Assembly (NCBI GenBank): GCA_965223155.1
Contig: CBDCVR010000014.1
Coordinates: 928,001-992,000 of the forward strand
DNA: 64,000 bases
From: Candidatus Multivoradales bacterium
GTDB lineage: Bacteria > Acidobacteriota > Thermoanaerobaculia > Multivoradales > JAHEKO01
Direction of reading: 5' to 3'
Shown: in pieces, positions 37,623 to 47,261 of the stretch
Layout of the letters: each line of letters begins with the position of its first letter
Numbering within the stretch: position 1 is the stretch's first letter
Program-made: the position numbers and the translations under genes
Notes under the pieces: generated by a model
Databases searched by the model: none
Seen by the model: only the letters and a program-made list of their open reading frames with translations
What the model was told of the DNA's origin: nothing

Positions 37623-39229
37623 CACGGCCCCTCCGGGTCCTCGGCCTCGGCGCCCACCTGCCCGCCTTCCGACGGTACGTACGCTCCCCACCCCTCCGGG
37701 ACGAAGCAGCTTCGGCCGTCCGCCGCTGGCAGGTCGCGAGTCGCCGGCTCCCAGCACTCCGGCTTCCAGAACCGAAACGAGCTCGAGAAGGCTCCGTGTC
37801 TTCGAGGGTGGGTTCCCTTGACGCACTTGCCATGACCGTAAGCCTTGAAATGGATGCGGCTACGGACGTCGTCCGGCAGCTCCGGCGCGGGCGCGATCCG
37901 GAGCAGGTTGTTGATACGGCCCGCCGTCCGTCCTTCCGTGATCTGCGGATCGTCCAGATAGTCATCGAGCCACACCAGCAGGGACCCCCGCGGGGGCAGG
38001 TCGAAGGCATTGACCTCGCGAACCTCGGCCTTGCGGCCGAGCGCCAGGTGGTAGACCGCGGCCTCGGCATTCCTCTCGAGATGGGGAATCGCGACGTCCT
38101 CGAAACTCTGCAGGGTGTCGGCGGACGCCATATACACCAGGTTCTGAATGGGCAGCCGCTCTCCGAAGTACTCGACCACGCCGTTAATCACGATGGCTCC
38201 CATGCTGTGGCCGGCCAGGGTGATCTCCCAGTCGTCACCTTCCAGCTCTTCGCTCAACCGGTGGAGAAAGCGAGCCAGCGACCCGGTCGCCGAGCTGGGC
38301 GTCGGCGCGCAAAAGAACTTCCCGCTCGGCAGCTCCCGGCACTCCGGGAGGTCCTCCTCGTCCCGCGGCGCGTATCCCCCGCGCCGGTGCTCGTCGTCTC
38401 GAAAGAGGGTCAGCGTGCGCCGCTTCATGACGTCCCACGCGCTCTTGCCCATCGCGTCGATGAACGGAGCCAGCACAGCCTTGGTCGGCAGCGTAACGAC
38501 AAAGGCGCCGATTCGAGCGGCCTGGCCGCTCCGGCCGCCTTCGCAAACCTCGTCCTCGAGATTGCCCCACTCCCAGAAGTTGTCGGGGTTCTCCTCGGTC
38601 AGCGCCTCCGCCGTCTGCCGGGTCGAGGAATTCGCCTTCGAGCCTGTGCGTGCCCGGTAGAGATTCTTCAATTGCGAGGCCCAGACGATCGGGGCGCGGC
38701 CGATGCCGCGCAGGAGGTCGGTCGCCAGGTAGAACGGTGACAGCACGACGTAGGCGTGCCCCCTTGGGTAGTACTTCCCCTGCCGGACATGAAAAAGATG
38801 GTCGAAGTAGCTCGACCGCAGGGACGAGCGCCAGACCACGAACAGGGGATAGAAATCGCTCTCTTCCTCGATAAGCCTTTCGAGCTGGGCCGCTCGCTTG
38901 AGAGCGTTCTTGCGCTGGTTGAGACCGCCGTGGACGAAGACCAGAACCTTGCGCCGGTCTTGAGCCTTCAGGGCGGTGACGATGCGCTCGATGTGCTTGT
39001 CATAGCAGGCCTCAGTCAGAGGCCTCGTCGCGCGGCTGGTGTCGGTCGGCGCTCCTCTCCTGTTGAAGGCCAACGCGTGCTCGGGCGACGGCACGCCCTC
39101 ATCGGCGGGCACCTCGGGACACACGACGTCCGTGCTCGAGGCATCGACCCGAGCCCGCGGATTCGTACTACACGCCGCCGACACCAGAATCGGCAGGCCA
39201 ACGGCTACCAGAACGAAGCGCTTCCCCAT
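37622..39229 (-). CDS. Alpha/beta-hydrolase lipoprotein
   Basis: Lipobox VSAAC, VLVFVHGGLN, nucleophile elbow AGHSMG, YMASA, HGAF; TGATG overlap with the downstream gene. Confidence 0.8.
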   Translation of the reverse strand: MGKRFVLVAVGLPILVSAACSTNPRARVDASSTDVVCPEVPADEGVPSPEHALAFNRRGAPTDTSRATRPLTEACYDKHIERIVTALKAQDRRKVLVFVHGGLNQRKNALKRAAQLERLIEEESDFYPLFVVWRSSLRSSYFDHLFHVRQGKYYPRGHAYVVLSPFYLATDLLRGIGRAPIVWASQLKNLYRARTGSKANSSTRQTAEALTEENPDNFWEWGNLEDEVCEGGRSGQAARIGAFVVTLPTKAVLAPFIDAMGKSAWDVMKRRTLTLFRDDEHRRGGYAPRDEEDLPECRELPSGKFFCAPTPSSATGSLARFLHRLSEELEGDDWEITLAGHSMGAIVINGVVEYFGERLPIQNLVYMASADTLQSFEDVAIPHLERNAEAAVYHLALGRKAEVREVNAFDLPPRGSLLVWLDDYLDDPQITEGRTAGRINNLLRIAPAPELPDDVRSRIHFKAYGHGKCVKGTHPRRHGAFSSSFRFWKPECWEPATRDLPAADGRSCFVPEGWGAYVPSEGGQVGAEAEDPEGP

Positions 39230-39724
39230 CTGCTTCAACCTCCTCGGGACCAAGATCCCAGGAATGCAGCCGGCAAGAAACCGACACCCGGCTCCGGGCG
39301 CCGGTCCCGCCACTGTCCAACGAACGTGCTCTGAACCTAGCATGGGTGGGCCCTGAGCAGGGGTCCCGCTGCCCTCGCGGCAGCGATCGGGCTCTCCTCT
39401 CAGAGGGCCGGTCCTTCGCGCCGTCATTTCTTGCCGGAGTCCCTAGACCGAGCTCGAGGTCGGCGCCGACGGCTCCGTTACCGAGATCCAGGCTGGGCTC
39501 CGAACCGCTCGTGAACGGGCCGCACCGGGGTGAAGCGAACGCTCCACAGACTGCTCCGAGAAAGATGCTACGGCAGCTTCGACAGGCGGCCGAACCATCG
39601 GCTGGCCCGGATTCAGCTCGAGGCCGAGTCGGGTATAGTCCGGCCGACAAGCGAGTCTATGCAGGGCAGGCCGGCGTTCTCCTAGGGGAACCGCGGGTTT
39701 TCTTGCTGTCTCCGAGCCGATTCC

Positions 39725-40477
39725 ATGTCGTCGTCGTCCTTGATCGCTGCCGCCGACGCCGGTTGGAAGCTCGTCTTCGACCGGGCCGTCATCATCCGCC
39801 ACCGGGATCCGAAGTGGTACTTCTGCACCGAGAGCGCGACCAGGCTCTGGCGTGAGATGGCCGGCTCGGGACTCGAAGCCGCCAAGTGTTTGGCCCGCCA
39901 CCGTCCTTTCGTGTCCCGCTTGGTCCACTGGGGTCTCCTCGCGGAGGGCCTGCGGCCCGACTTCCCCCCCGGAGGATCCCATCAGGCGGGAGATCCGATG
40001 ATCTTCCGGTTCTCGCACCTGTCTGCCATCCTGCGCCAGTTCCTACCGAATCCCGAATCTGTGACGACCTCTCGGCTTCGGGGTGAAGCGGTGCTGCAAC
40101 TCGCGGACGGCCGACGGTATCGGCACTTTCGACTCGATCCAAACGGTTCCTATCTCTGGGCTCTCCTACGGGAGCAGCCGCGAAGCTTGGCGCAACTGAC
40201 CGAGCTCTTGGCCAGCAGGGGTTCGGCCGCTCCCGAAAGGGTCCAGGCGAAGACTGCATCGTTCCTGCGCACGCTGAAAGAAAACCGCCTGGTCCGGCCC
40301 GTCGAGACAACCGCCCCGGTCGGGACCCATCAGCCGCGCCGGGACCGTCGGCGCCGGGTTCCCCCAACGCGAGTACGCCCGCAACGCAGTGACGGAGACG
40401 TCCTCGATATGCGAGGACTCATGATCTGCGAATCCGTTCCCTTGGACCGGCTCGAGCCGACTCACTCCGTGCGATGA
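39725..40477 (+). CDS. Tandem PqqD/RRE-domain protein with C-terminal tail
   Basis: Domain 1 (WKLVFDRAVII..WYFCTESATRLW..FVSRLVHWGLL) and domain 2 (GEAVLQ..FRLDPNGSYLWALL..SLAQL..FLRTLKENRLV) both follow the PqqD winged-helix pattern. Confidence 0.7.
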   Translation: MSSSSLIAAADAGWKLVFDRAVIIRHRDPKWYFCTESATRLWREMAGSGLEAAKCLARHRPFVSRLVHWGLLAEGLRPDFPPGGSHQAGDPMIFRFSHLSAILRQFLPNPESVTTSRLRGEAVLQLADGRRYRHFRLDPNGSYLWALLREQPRSLAQLTELLASRGSAAPERVQAKTASFLRTLKENRLVRPVETTAPVGTHQPRRDRRRRVPPTRVRPQRSDGDVLDMRGLMICESVPLDRLEPTHSVR

Positions 40478-40478
40478 G

Positions 40479-41012
40479 ATGACCCCGGCCAAAGCAGAAC
40501 AGATTCAGCGCATCGCCATCGCATGCCAGTACGGCATCAAGGGCTTCGCCACCGGAATCGATGAATACGTCCTCGAGGCGGTGGTACAAATCGATCGCTG
40601 GCGGCCCGATCTTCTGATCCTCTCGGGCGGTGGCAGGAACGGGCGCACCACCCTACGCGAATCCGACTCAGTCGCGCATCTCTATCGCCGGCATCTTCCC
40701 GACATACCCGTCCTTTTGGAGCGGCACTCCCGAACGACCTGGAAGAACCTGGTGTTCAGCTTCGAGATGCTCTGCGCACTCGGGTGCGCGCCTCGGACGG
40801 TCGCTGTTTTCTGTGACGGCTGCCGCCGAGACAAGGTCCGCGTAGCCTCGAGACTTGCCCGCCGGCGGTTTCCTGAAATGAAGAAGACCCGCCTCGAGAT
40901 CCTGCCGATCGAACGGCAGGCTGCGACGTGGAGGGACTCTCGACTGGCTCAATTCGCGTTCGGCGGCTTTCAATTGGCACACGAGATCGTTCTGGCGGAC
41001 CGGACGGCGTGA
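40479..41012 (+). CDS. YdcF/DUF218 (ElyC/SanA-like) protein
   Basis: LILSGG, ESD, LLERHSRTTWKNL motifs; 1-nt gap from the upstream gene. Confidence 0.7.
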   Translation: MTPAKAEQIQRIAIACQYGIKGFATGIDEYVLEAVVQIDRWRPDLLILSGGGRNGRTTLRESDSVAHLYRRHLPDIPVLLERHSRTTWKNLVFSFEMLCALGCAPRTVAVFCDGCRRDKVRVASRLARRRFPEMKKTRLEILPIERQAATWRDSRLAQFAFGGFQLAHEIVLADRTA

Positions 41013-43204
41013 AGCACGACATCTTCGACTTCATCGACCTCTTCCTCGCCCTGGAGAATGGTGAGACAGGCTGGGCCGTCGAGAGGGTGAGATCATGGCA
41101 TCCCGATAGGTTCACCGAAACCTGCCGCCGGCACCAGGTGGCCGGCTATGCCTACCTTCTGCTGGAAAACCTGCAAATCGATCACCCCGAACTACTGCCG
41201 GCGGTGGCACGGCTTCGCGGAGACTACGTCGAGCAGTGGGCGGCCAACACCCGGCTGGCGTGGCGGTTTCTCGAGCTCGTAGCCGCCTTGGACGAGGCCT
41301 CCGTCCCCTTTGCCCTTCTCAAGGGGCTCTACTTGGCCGATCGATACTATGGAGCTCCGGACCGCCGGCCGATCGGCGACATCGACATCCTCGTAGCCCG
41401 CGAGAACCTCAGCGCCACCGCGGAGGCTCTTGAGTCTCTCGATCTCAAGCCCGTCGCAATCGGCGTCGAGGAAGCCGTACGGTCTTCGGCCCATCTCTAC
41501 CACGTCGAGTACTCGGCGCCCGGTCTTCGAGTTGAAGTCCACTGGGCCCTCAGAACGAACCCGACCTTCCGTATCGCGACGGACGAGATCCTGGCGCGCG
41601 CCGAGCCCTGGGTATTCCAAGGCAGGACGATCCGAGTCCCGCCGCCCGACGTCGACTTGCTCCTCCAACTCCTGGGACTCCATACCGATGTCAGCCTGGG
41701 AGAGGTGCTGTTTCGCAACTTCCTCGACATCCACAAGGTGTGCGCCAGACTTCAGGAGGTCGTGGACTGGTCTCGGTATCTGGACGAGCGAGAGCTGGAC
41801 GGGACACTGAAACTTTGTGTGAACACGCTCGCGATGTTTCTCGTTACGACCCGGCAGGAACCCACGTTCGAAGAGTTGGCGCGTGTCGTCAACGAGCGGC
41901 GCGAGCTTCTGGTGGGCCAACCCGACCGAGCCTATTACCGGGAGGTCCTTAGCTCCACGTCTCTGATCAAGCGCAAAGACTGGCCCTTCCGACAGTTCGA
42001 CACAGCGCTCGCGAAGACCGCGACCTGGTGGCTCAGAGGACTTCCGGCCCGAGCAAGAGCCCACGGAGCCTCTCTGCGGAAGCGCGCGCGTACCGGGCCG
42101 CGCGTGGAGCCCCTTTGGCCCAGCGGAAACTTCCGCTCAAAGGACATCCCGGGAAGTCCGGCTCTGGAGAGAGACTACGACGTCTCCCCGGCCTTGCTTC
42201 GCGAGGGTAGGCTGCGCTTCGGAAGCCTGGCGACCCGGCTTTTCTATAGCCGCGCAGCTTTCCGGTCGATGATCGAGGAGCTTTTTCGGCTGCGAGTCTC
42301 CGACCCGGAGGCCGCACCGTCCCGCTCCCGCGACGAGCTCGAGCTCTTCGTCTTCGATGTCGAGCCGGAGAGGTTCGAACGCTACGGCCGCTTCCGCACC
42401 GGCCGAGTCGACCTGACGCTCCAGAGCGTCGTCGAGCTCCGACACGGCATCGCGGCCGCCGAAATCCACCCGGCTGCCGTGCCCAACCGAATCTATCTTT
42501 CGGTTCTGACCCAGGGCCAATCGGAAGAGCACATCCTGCATTCGCTCATGATCGTGCTCTACAAGAGCCTCTTCGTCCTGGGTCGCTTGCAGCTCCACGC
42601 CGCGGCTATCGACTACCATGGTGCCGTGAATCTCTTTGTCGGCGAGAAGGGCGCGGGCAAGTCGACGATCAGCCTCTTCCTGGGACGAGCCGGGGGCACG
42701 ATTCTGGCGGAAGATCACGTCTTCCTGCACCGGACCGGCCAGTCGTTCTTGGTCAGCGGTTGCGACTTCACGATGCGCTTGACCGAAACGACGGAACGCC
42801 ATTTCTTTGATGCTCCTCTCGAGATCGAGCCGCGGCTGCACGCGGGAGTGCCAAAAAAGGAAGTGGACCTGAGGAACCTCGACATCTCGACTCGTCCGTT
42901 TCAGGACGAGCCCGTGCGGCGAGTGTTCTTCCCCCGGCTCGGCCACAGGCTCGCCCGCAGAAGGCTCTCCCCAGCGGAGGGGATCACCCGCCTTCTGGAC
43001 TTCGTTCATGAACGACATCGGCTGGCGGACGAAGACAGCATCGACTTTCTGGCGTTTTTTCGGGACCTGGCCGCTCAAGCAGAAATGTACGATCTCGAGC
43101 TCAGCTCGGACCTGGCCGACCTTAAGCTCCTGGCGCCGTGGCTCACGGGCCAGGCCGAGGGCGAGATCGAGGAGTCCGCGGGAGCGCTGGATTCCCGCCG
43201 CTAG
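41009..43204 (+). CDS. Nucleotidyltransferase (NTP_transf_5-like) fused to HprK-like kinase
   Basis: N-terminal LLKGLYL..RPIGDIDILV..VEVHW; C-terminal LHAAAI, Walker A GEKGAGKS, ILAED; GTGA overlap with ydcF. Confidence 0.82.
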   Translation: MKHDIFDFIDLFLALENGETGWAVERVRSWHPDRFTETCRRHQVAGYAYLLLENLQIDHPELLPAVARLRGDYVEQWAANTRLAWRFLELVAALDEASVPFALLKGLYLADRYYGAPDRRPIGDIDILVARENLSATAEALESLDLKPVAIGVEEAVRSSAHLYHVEYSAPGLRVEVHWALRTNPTFRIATDEILARAEPWVFQGRTIRVPPPDVDLLLQLLGLHTDVSLGEVLFRNFLDIHKVCARLQEVVDWSRYLDERELDGTLKLCVNTLAMFLVTTRQEPTFEELARVVNERRELLVGQPDRAYYREVLSSTSLIKRKDWPFRQFDTALAKTATWWLRGLPARARAHGASLRKRARTGPRVEPLWPSGNFRSKDIPGSPALERDYDVSPALLREGRLRFGSLATRLFYSRAAFRSMIEELFRLRVSDPEAAPSRSRDELELFVFDVEPERFERYGRFRTGRVDLTLQSVVELRHGIAAAEIHPAAVPNRIYLSVLTQGQSEEHILHSLMIVLYKSLFVLGRLQLHAAAIDYHGAVNLFVGEKGAGKSTISLFLGRAGGTILAEDHVFLHRTGQSFLVSGCDFTMRLTETTERHFFDAPLEIEPRLHAGVPKKEVDLRNLDISTRPFQDEPVRRVFFPRLGHRLARRRLSPAEGITRLLDFVHERHRLADEDSIDFLAFFRDLAAQAEMYDLELSSDLADLKLLAPWLTGQAEGEIEESAGALDSRR

Positions 43205-44172
43205 AGCGGGTATTCGTTCTGTTCCAGCCGGAGTCCGAAGTTCTCGATCAGCCACCGGTTCCCATCGCGAGTCATCTCAGCGACCCTCTGCCTGGCTTCG
43301 CGCGACAGCCTGGGTAGCTCCCTCCTCTCTCGGCCCTCCCGCGCCTTGAGCCGAGGCTTCAAGTAGGCCCGTCGGTGCTTCGGGTTCAGGGCCCGCAGCA
43401 GCGATCGCCTCCAGCCTGGAGCCGCTACCTTCCGTAACCGGCCAAACGCCTTCTTCGAGCGCGCGTTTTCGCGGTGCCGTCCCACCAGTCGCTGTCCCAA
43501 CTCGGAGTCGATCTCTAGAAAACGGCAAACTCGGTCCACAAAAGCCCTCGGATTCCGCTTCAGGTCCTCGAACAGCAAAATCTCTACGGAATCACGACCG
43601 AAGGACGTTGCGAAAATCTCCGCCGTCGTAGCGTAGTCCAGGTGCGGGCCTATCTCTCCTTGCAGATCGTTCCAGAACCATTCATCGATCGGTACGAGCC
43701 GGTTCACCGTCGAGCCACGTTTCACCTGCTCCCGAACCGAGATCAGAAAATAGGCCGACTCGAGAAGATCCACCGGATGCCGCAACGTCATGAGGACCTT
43801 CGCTTCGCCAAAGACCTCGCGAAAGTTGGCCGCCCGACTGCGACGGGCCTCGGCGACATCCATCGACATCCCCTCCCAGGACCAGATCGGGATGCGATCT
43901 TGGCTGTCTTCGACGATCTCGAGAAAGAGAGTCTGGGCGCGCTCGAGGTCCGGATTCCGCCACTGGCGCCAGGCGATCTCCTCCATCAGCGAAGCGATCG
44001 CACGGTTCCTGCAACTGTGTCGCTGGCCGGCCCGTCTCAGTCCCGGCTGGCCACTGTAGATTCCGAGATAGTGAAGCTCCGGGTGCTCCATGAAGAGTCG
44101 CCATTGGAGAGTCTTGGTTCCCGTCCGCGGGAGACCGACATGAAGAATCGGACTGCGAGCTGCCGGACTCAC
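43201..44172 (-). CDS. Sulfotransferase-family protein
   Basis: HVGLPRTGTKTLQ (5'-PSB loop), LRHP.D..ESAY, LFEDL. Confidence 0.82.
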   Translation of the reverse strand: MSPAARSPILHVGLPRTGTKTLQWRLFMEHPELHYLGIYSGQPGLRRAGQRHSCRNRAIASLMEEIAWRQWRNPDLERAQTLFLEIVEDSQDRIPIWSWEGMSMDVAEARRSRAANFREVFGEAKVLMTLRHPVDLLESAYFLISVREQVKRGSTVNRLVPIDEWFWNDLQGEIGPHLDYATTAEIFATSFGRDSVEILLFEDLKRNPRAFVDRVCRFLEIDSELGQRLVGRHRENARSKKAFGRLRKVAAPGWRRSLLRALNPKHRRAYLKPRLKAREGRERRELPRLSREARQRVAEMTRDGNRWLIENFGLRLEQNEYPL

Positions 44173-45152
44173 AACGGATAGCCGTACTTCGCAAGCCCGA
44201 GGCCCAATTCGCCCGCCAGATCACGATGTCCCTTCGCCGTCGCGGCTTCCACCAGACGCACCGTTTCGCCGGACAACTCTAGCGTCAGGGGACGGGCGCC
44301 AAAGGCCGGGTGCTTCGACGTCAGCCCTAGCTGCTTCCTCCGCCGAAACGGTGAGAGCGAAGCGAACACCCAGCACCTCAGCCTCGAGGCTTGAATGCGT
44401 CGCACCCGTTCCCAATGGGCTTCCGTGAACCGCTCGTTGCTACGCCGGTCCTGCGCCAGCTCCCAGCCGAGCGCGGCATCGACGCCGAAGAAATCGCAGA
44501 CACCCTCGACAAACGACCGGGGATTCGAGCACAGATCCTCAAAGAGCTGGACCCGGACATGCTTCTTGCCGAAGTGCTGCTGATAGAGCTCGACCGTGTT
44601 GGCGAAGTCCAGTGAACCGGGCAGATCGTGCTCCTCGATGCGGAGTCGGACCCAGGTATCGAGATCGGGGAAACGAGGGCACGCGTAGCCCGTCGGCGCC
44701 GGCCGCTTGCCGAGCAGGGTCCCACGCAAATCTTGCAGGTACTTTGACGGCAGGTGATCGATGGGATTCCGCAGTACGAGGAGGATGCGACTCTCCGGCG
44801 CGACGGCCCGCAGCGCCTCTGCCACCTTGATCCGATGGGGCCTCGCCCCCTGGGCCACTCCCTCCCACGAGCCTACGACCGCGCGATGCGACGGTTCGAC
44901 CCGATCCATGACTCGATCCAGAAGCCGTTTGGCCCTCGCGTTGTCGGTGCCAGCCGAGCGGGGTTCCAGGACCAGGCGATGGAACTGGTCGACGTTCGGG
45001 TCCCGCCCGGCCGGGTAGGCCCGGCCTGGGCCCGCAGACTTGCCCAGAAAGTACACCTCGGGATGCCGGGCAAAGAGGTGGCGCTGGAGCGTCGTCGTGC
45101 CGGTCTTGTCCAGCCCCAAGTGCCAGCAGATCCGCGGCCCTGTCGTTTTCAC
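44169..45152 (-). CDS. Sulfotransferase-family protein
   Basis: HLGLDKTGTTTLQ, LRNP.DHL.SKY, LFEDL; paralogous to its neighbour; 4-bp overlaps on both sides. Confidence 0.82.
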   Translation of the reverse strand: MKTTGPRICWHLGLDKTGTTTLQRHLFARHPEVYFLGKSAGPGRAYPAGRDPNVDQFHRLVLEPRSAGTDNARAKRLLDRVMDRVEPSHRAVVGSWEGVAQGARPHRIKVAEALRAVAPESRILLVLRNPIDHLPSKYLQDLRGTLLGKRPAPTGYACPRFPDLDTWVRLRIEEHDLPGSLDFANTVELYQQHFGKKHVRVQLFEDLCSNPRSFVEGVCDFFGVDAALGWELAQDRRSNERFTEAHWERVRRIQASRLRCWVFASLSPFRRRKQLGLTSKHPAFGARPLTLELSGETVRLVEAATAKGHRDLAGELGLGLAKYGYPL

Positions 45153-46963
45153 ACCCGCACCTCGGAGGGTTCTTCGACCGCGCCGAGCGCCGCTAGGTGC
45201 ATCCGGTACAACGTCGCGTACAGGCCTGCCTGCCCCATGAGCTCACCGTGGCTACCTTGCTCGGCGAGCCTCCCACCCTCGAGAACGAAGATCCGGTCCG
45301 CCATCCGTACGGTCGAGAACCGATGCGAGATCAAGAGGGTCGTGACCCCCGCCGCGAGGTCCCGAATCGCCGAGAAGATCCTCGCCTCCGCCGATACATC
45401 CAGGTTCGAGGTCGGCTCATCCAAGATCAGGATCGCGGGGCGCCGTCCCAGGGCACGAGCGATCGCCAGCCGCTGCCAGAGTCCGGCCGACAAGGTCACG
45501 GAACCGAATCGACGCCCGAGATGGGTATCGAGGCCCTCCGGAAGCCTCGCGACGATGTCATCGATCGAGGTCCGCTCGACGAGGCGCTCGATGGCCTCCC
45601 GGTCTCGGCCCAACGCCTCCCAGTCTCCGAACGCCAGGTTCTCGGCGGCGGTCGCCTCGTACGCTACCGGCCCCTGCGAAAGCAACGCCAATTGATCATG
45701 GTAGGCGCGCAGGTCCCAGTCGGTCACATGCTGCCCATCGACCAGGATCTCGCCTGCGGTCGGACGGTACAGCCGAGCCAGAAGCCTGGCCAGTGTCGTC
45801 TTCCCCGAGCCGTTGTGCCCCACGAGGGCGACCGTTTGGCCGGCCGCGATCCTCAGCGAGACTTTGTCCAGAGCGGGTCGCTTGGTCCGCGGATAGGTAA
45901 ACGACACCTCTCGAAGCTCGATCGCTCCGGCGATCCGCTCCCCGTGGCCCGACCCCGATTCCGAAATAGAGGGTGAGCTGGCCATGAAGTCCAGCAGGTA
46001 GGTGGAATAAAGAGAGCTCTCGAAAGCGCCCGCAATCGCGGACGCCAGACCCTGGTAGGCGCCGCGCAATCGCACTGCGGCCAGACCAAAGGCCGCAAAC
46101 TCGCCGACCATCAACGTCGACCCAAGGTCTCGCAGCAACATGCTCGACACCGCCGCCGTCAAGGCCGTGAGAAAGACGATCTGGGCTACGAGGACGCCAA
46201 CCGCCTGGCGCCTGTGCACCACCGCAAGCGACGCCACGATCTCTCCCAAGGTCTCTCGGAACCGGCCGATGAACAAAGAACCCAGATCCTGGATCTTGGT
46301 CGCGGACACCAGACCCGGCGAGGTCATGTGCGAGCGATAGTAGTTGCTCCACCGTCTCTTGGTAGTCCGTAGCCGCTCGAGCTCGAAGCGATCTCTCGCC
46401 GCGCTCAGGCGGTACTTGACGAACGGTAGAGCCGCCACCACCAGCACCGCCGCCCAGAAGGCCTGGATCCAAAACAAGACACCCAGCAGAGTCACGCTGC
46501 GTACGATCGTCTGGAGCGCGTCGACACTCGCACCCAGCAACCTGGTAAACGGTCTCCCCGGAACCTTGCTCGCGCGAGACAACATGTCCTGGGAATCAGA
46601 GTCTTCGAAGAAAGCTAGATCCAGCTCCCCGGCCTTGCGGAGAAGGTCCACGTTGAGCTCGACGTTGAGCTCGTCCGCAATCCGGTTGTCGGCAAAGGCC
46701 CTCAGGGCGGAGGCAACCGACTCGGCCAAAGCGAGAAGCACGAAGACGCCAAACAGCAGGAGGGTTCGCGATACGCCGGCGGAATCGAGCCCGCCAGATC
46801 GCAGACTCTGCACGGTGGCACCGAGCACCAGCGCCGAGGCCGCGGGGACGACCGCGGCTACGAGTGCGCTTCCCAGGAGAACGCCGCACAAGAAACGGGC
46901 ATCCTTCCAGGTTCTCGACAGAGCCCAGCGCGCTGCCGCGACGGCCTCGACTAGACGGGACAT
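45149..46963 (-). CDS. ABC exporter, fused TMD + ATPase
   Basis: TM domain, LDLAFFED, GHNGSGKTT, signature variant LSAGLWQR, ILDEPT, ISHRFST. Confidence 0.92.
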   Translation of the reverse strand: MSRLVEAVAAARWALSRTWKDARFLCGVLLGSALVAAVVPAASALVLGATVQSLRSGGLDSAGVSRTLLLFGVFVLLALAESVASALRAFADNRIADELNVELNVDLLRKAGELDLAFFEDSDSQDMLSRASKVPGRPFTRLLGASVDALQTIVRSVTLLGVLFWIQAFWAAVLVVAALPFVKYRLSAARDRFELERLRTTKRRWSNYYRSHMTSPGLVSATKIQDLGSLFIGRFRETLGEIVASLAVVHRRQAVGVLVAQIVFLTALTAAVSSMLLRDLGSTLMVGEFAAFGLAAVRLRGAYQGLASAIAGAFESSLYSTYLLDFMASSPSISESGSGHGERIAGAIELREVSFTYPRTKRPALDKVSLRIAAGQTVALVGHNGSGKTTLARLLARLYRPTAGEILVDGQHVTDWDLRAYHDQLALLSQGPVAYEATAAENLAFGDWEALGRDREAIERLVERTSIDDIVARLPEGLDTHLGRRFGSVTLSAGLWQRLAIARALGRRPAILILDEPTSNLDVSAEARIFSAIRDLAAGVTTLLISHRFSTVRMADRIFVLEGGRLAEQGSHGELMGQAGLYATLYRMHLAALGAVEEPSEVRV

Positions 46964-47261
46964 GGCAAGCCCGGATTGTACAGCGAGGGGAAACGCAAAA
47001 AGGGCGATGCGCCCGGTCCCTTGAGGGAGTGGAGCAGTATCCCCGTCGGGCGACCTGAAGCCGCAAAGCAACGTGCAGCCAGGTTCGGGTGCCGGTTGTG
47101 AACCGGGCTCCTAAGGAGATACGTATCCTGTCACCGCATTTCCGATGCCCACCTTGGTCGGAGGGCCACCGGAGATTCCGGTGGTTCTCGAAGCCTGTGA
47201 AGCAACGTACCCTTTCGAGGACGACGGCGTGTTCTTGACCCGGCCGGTCGCAAGCTCGAGG

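Noticed and set aside
39230-47261. Stand-alone RiPP precursor ORF flanking the RRE cluster (39230-39724 and 46964-47261)
   Set aside because: No short ORF with a convincing RBS, start codon and leader/core pattern was found by eye.
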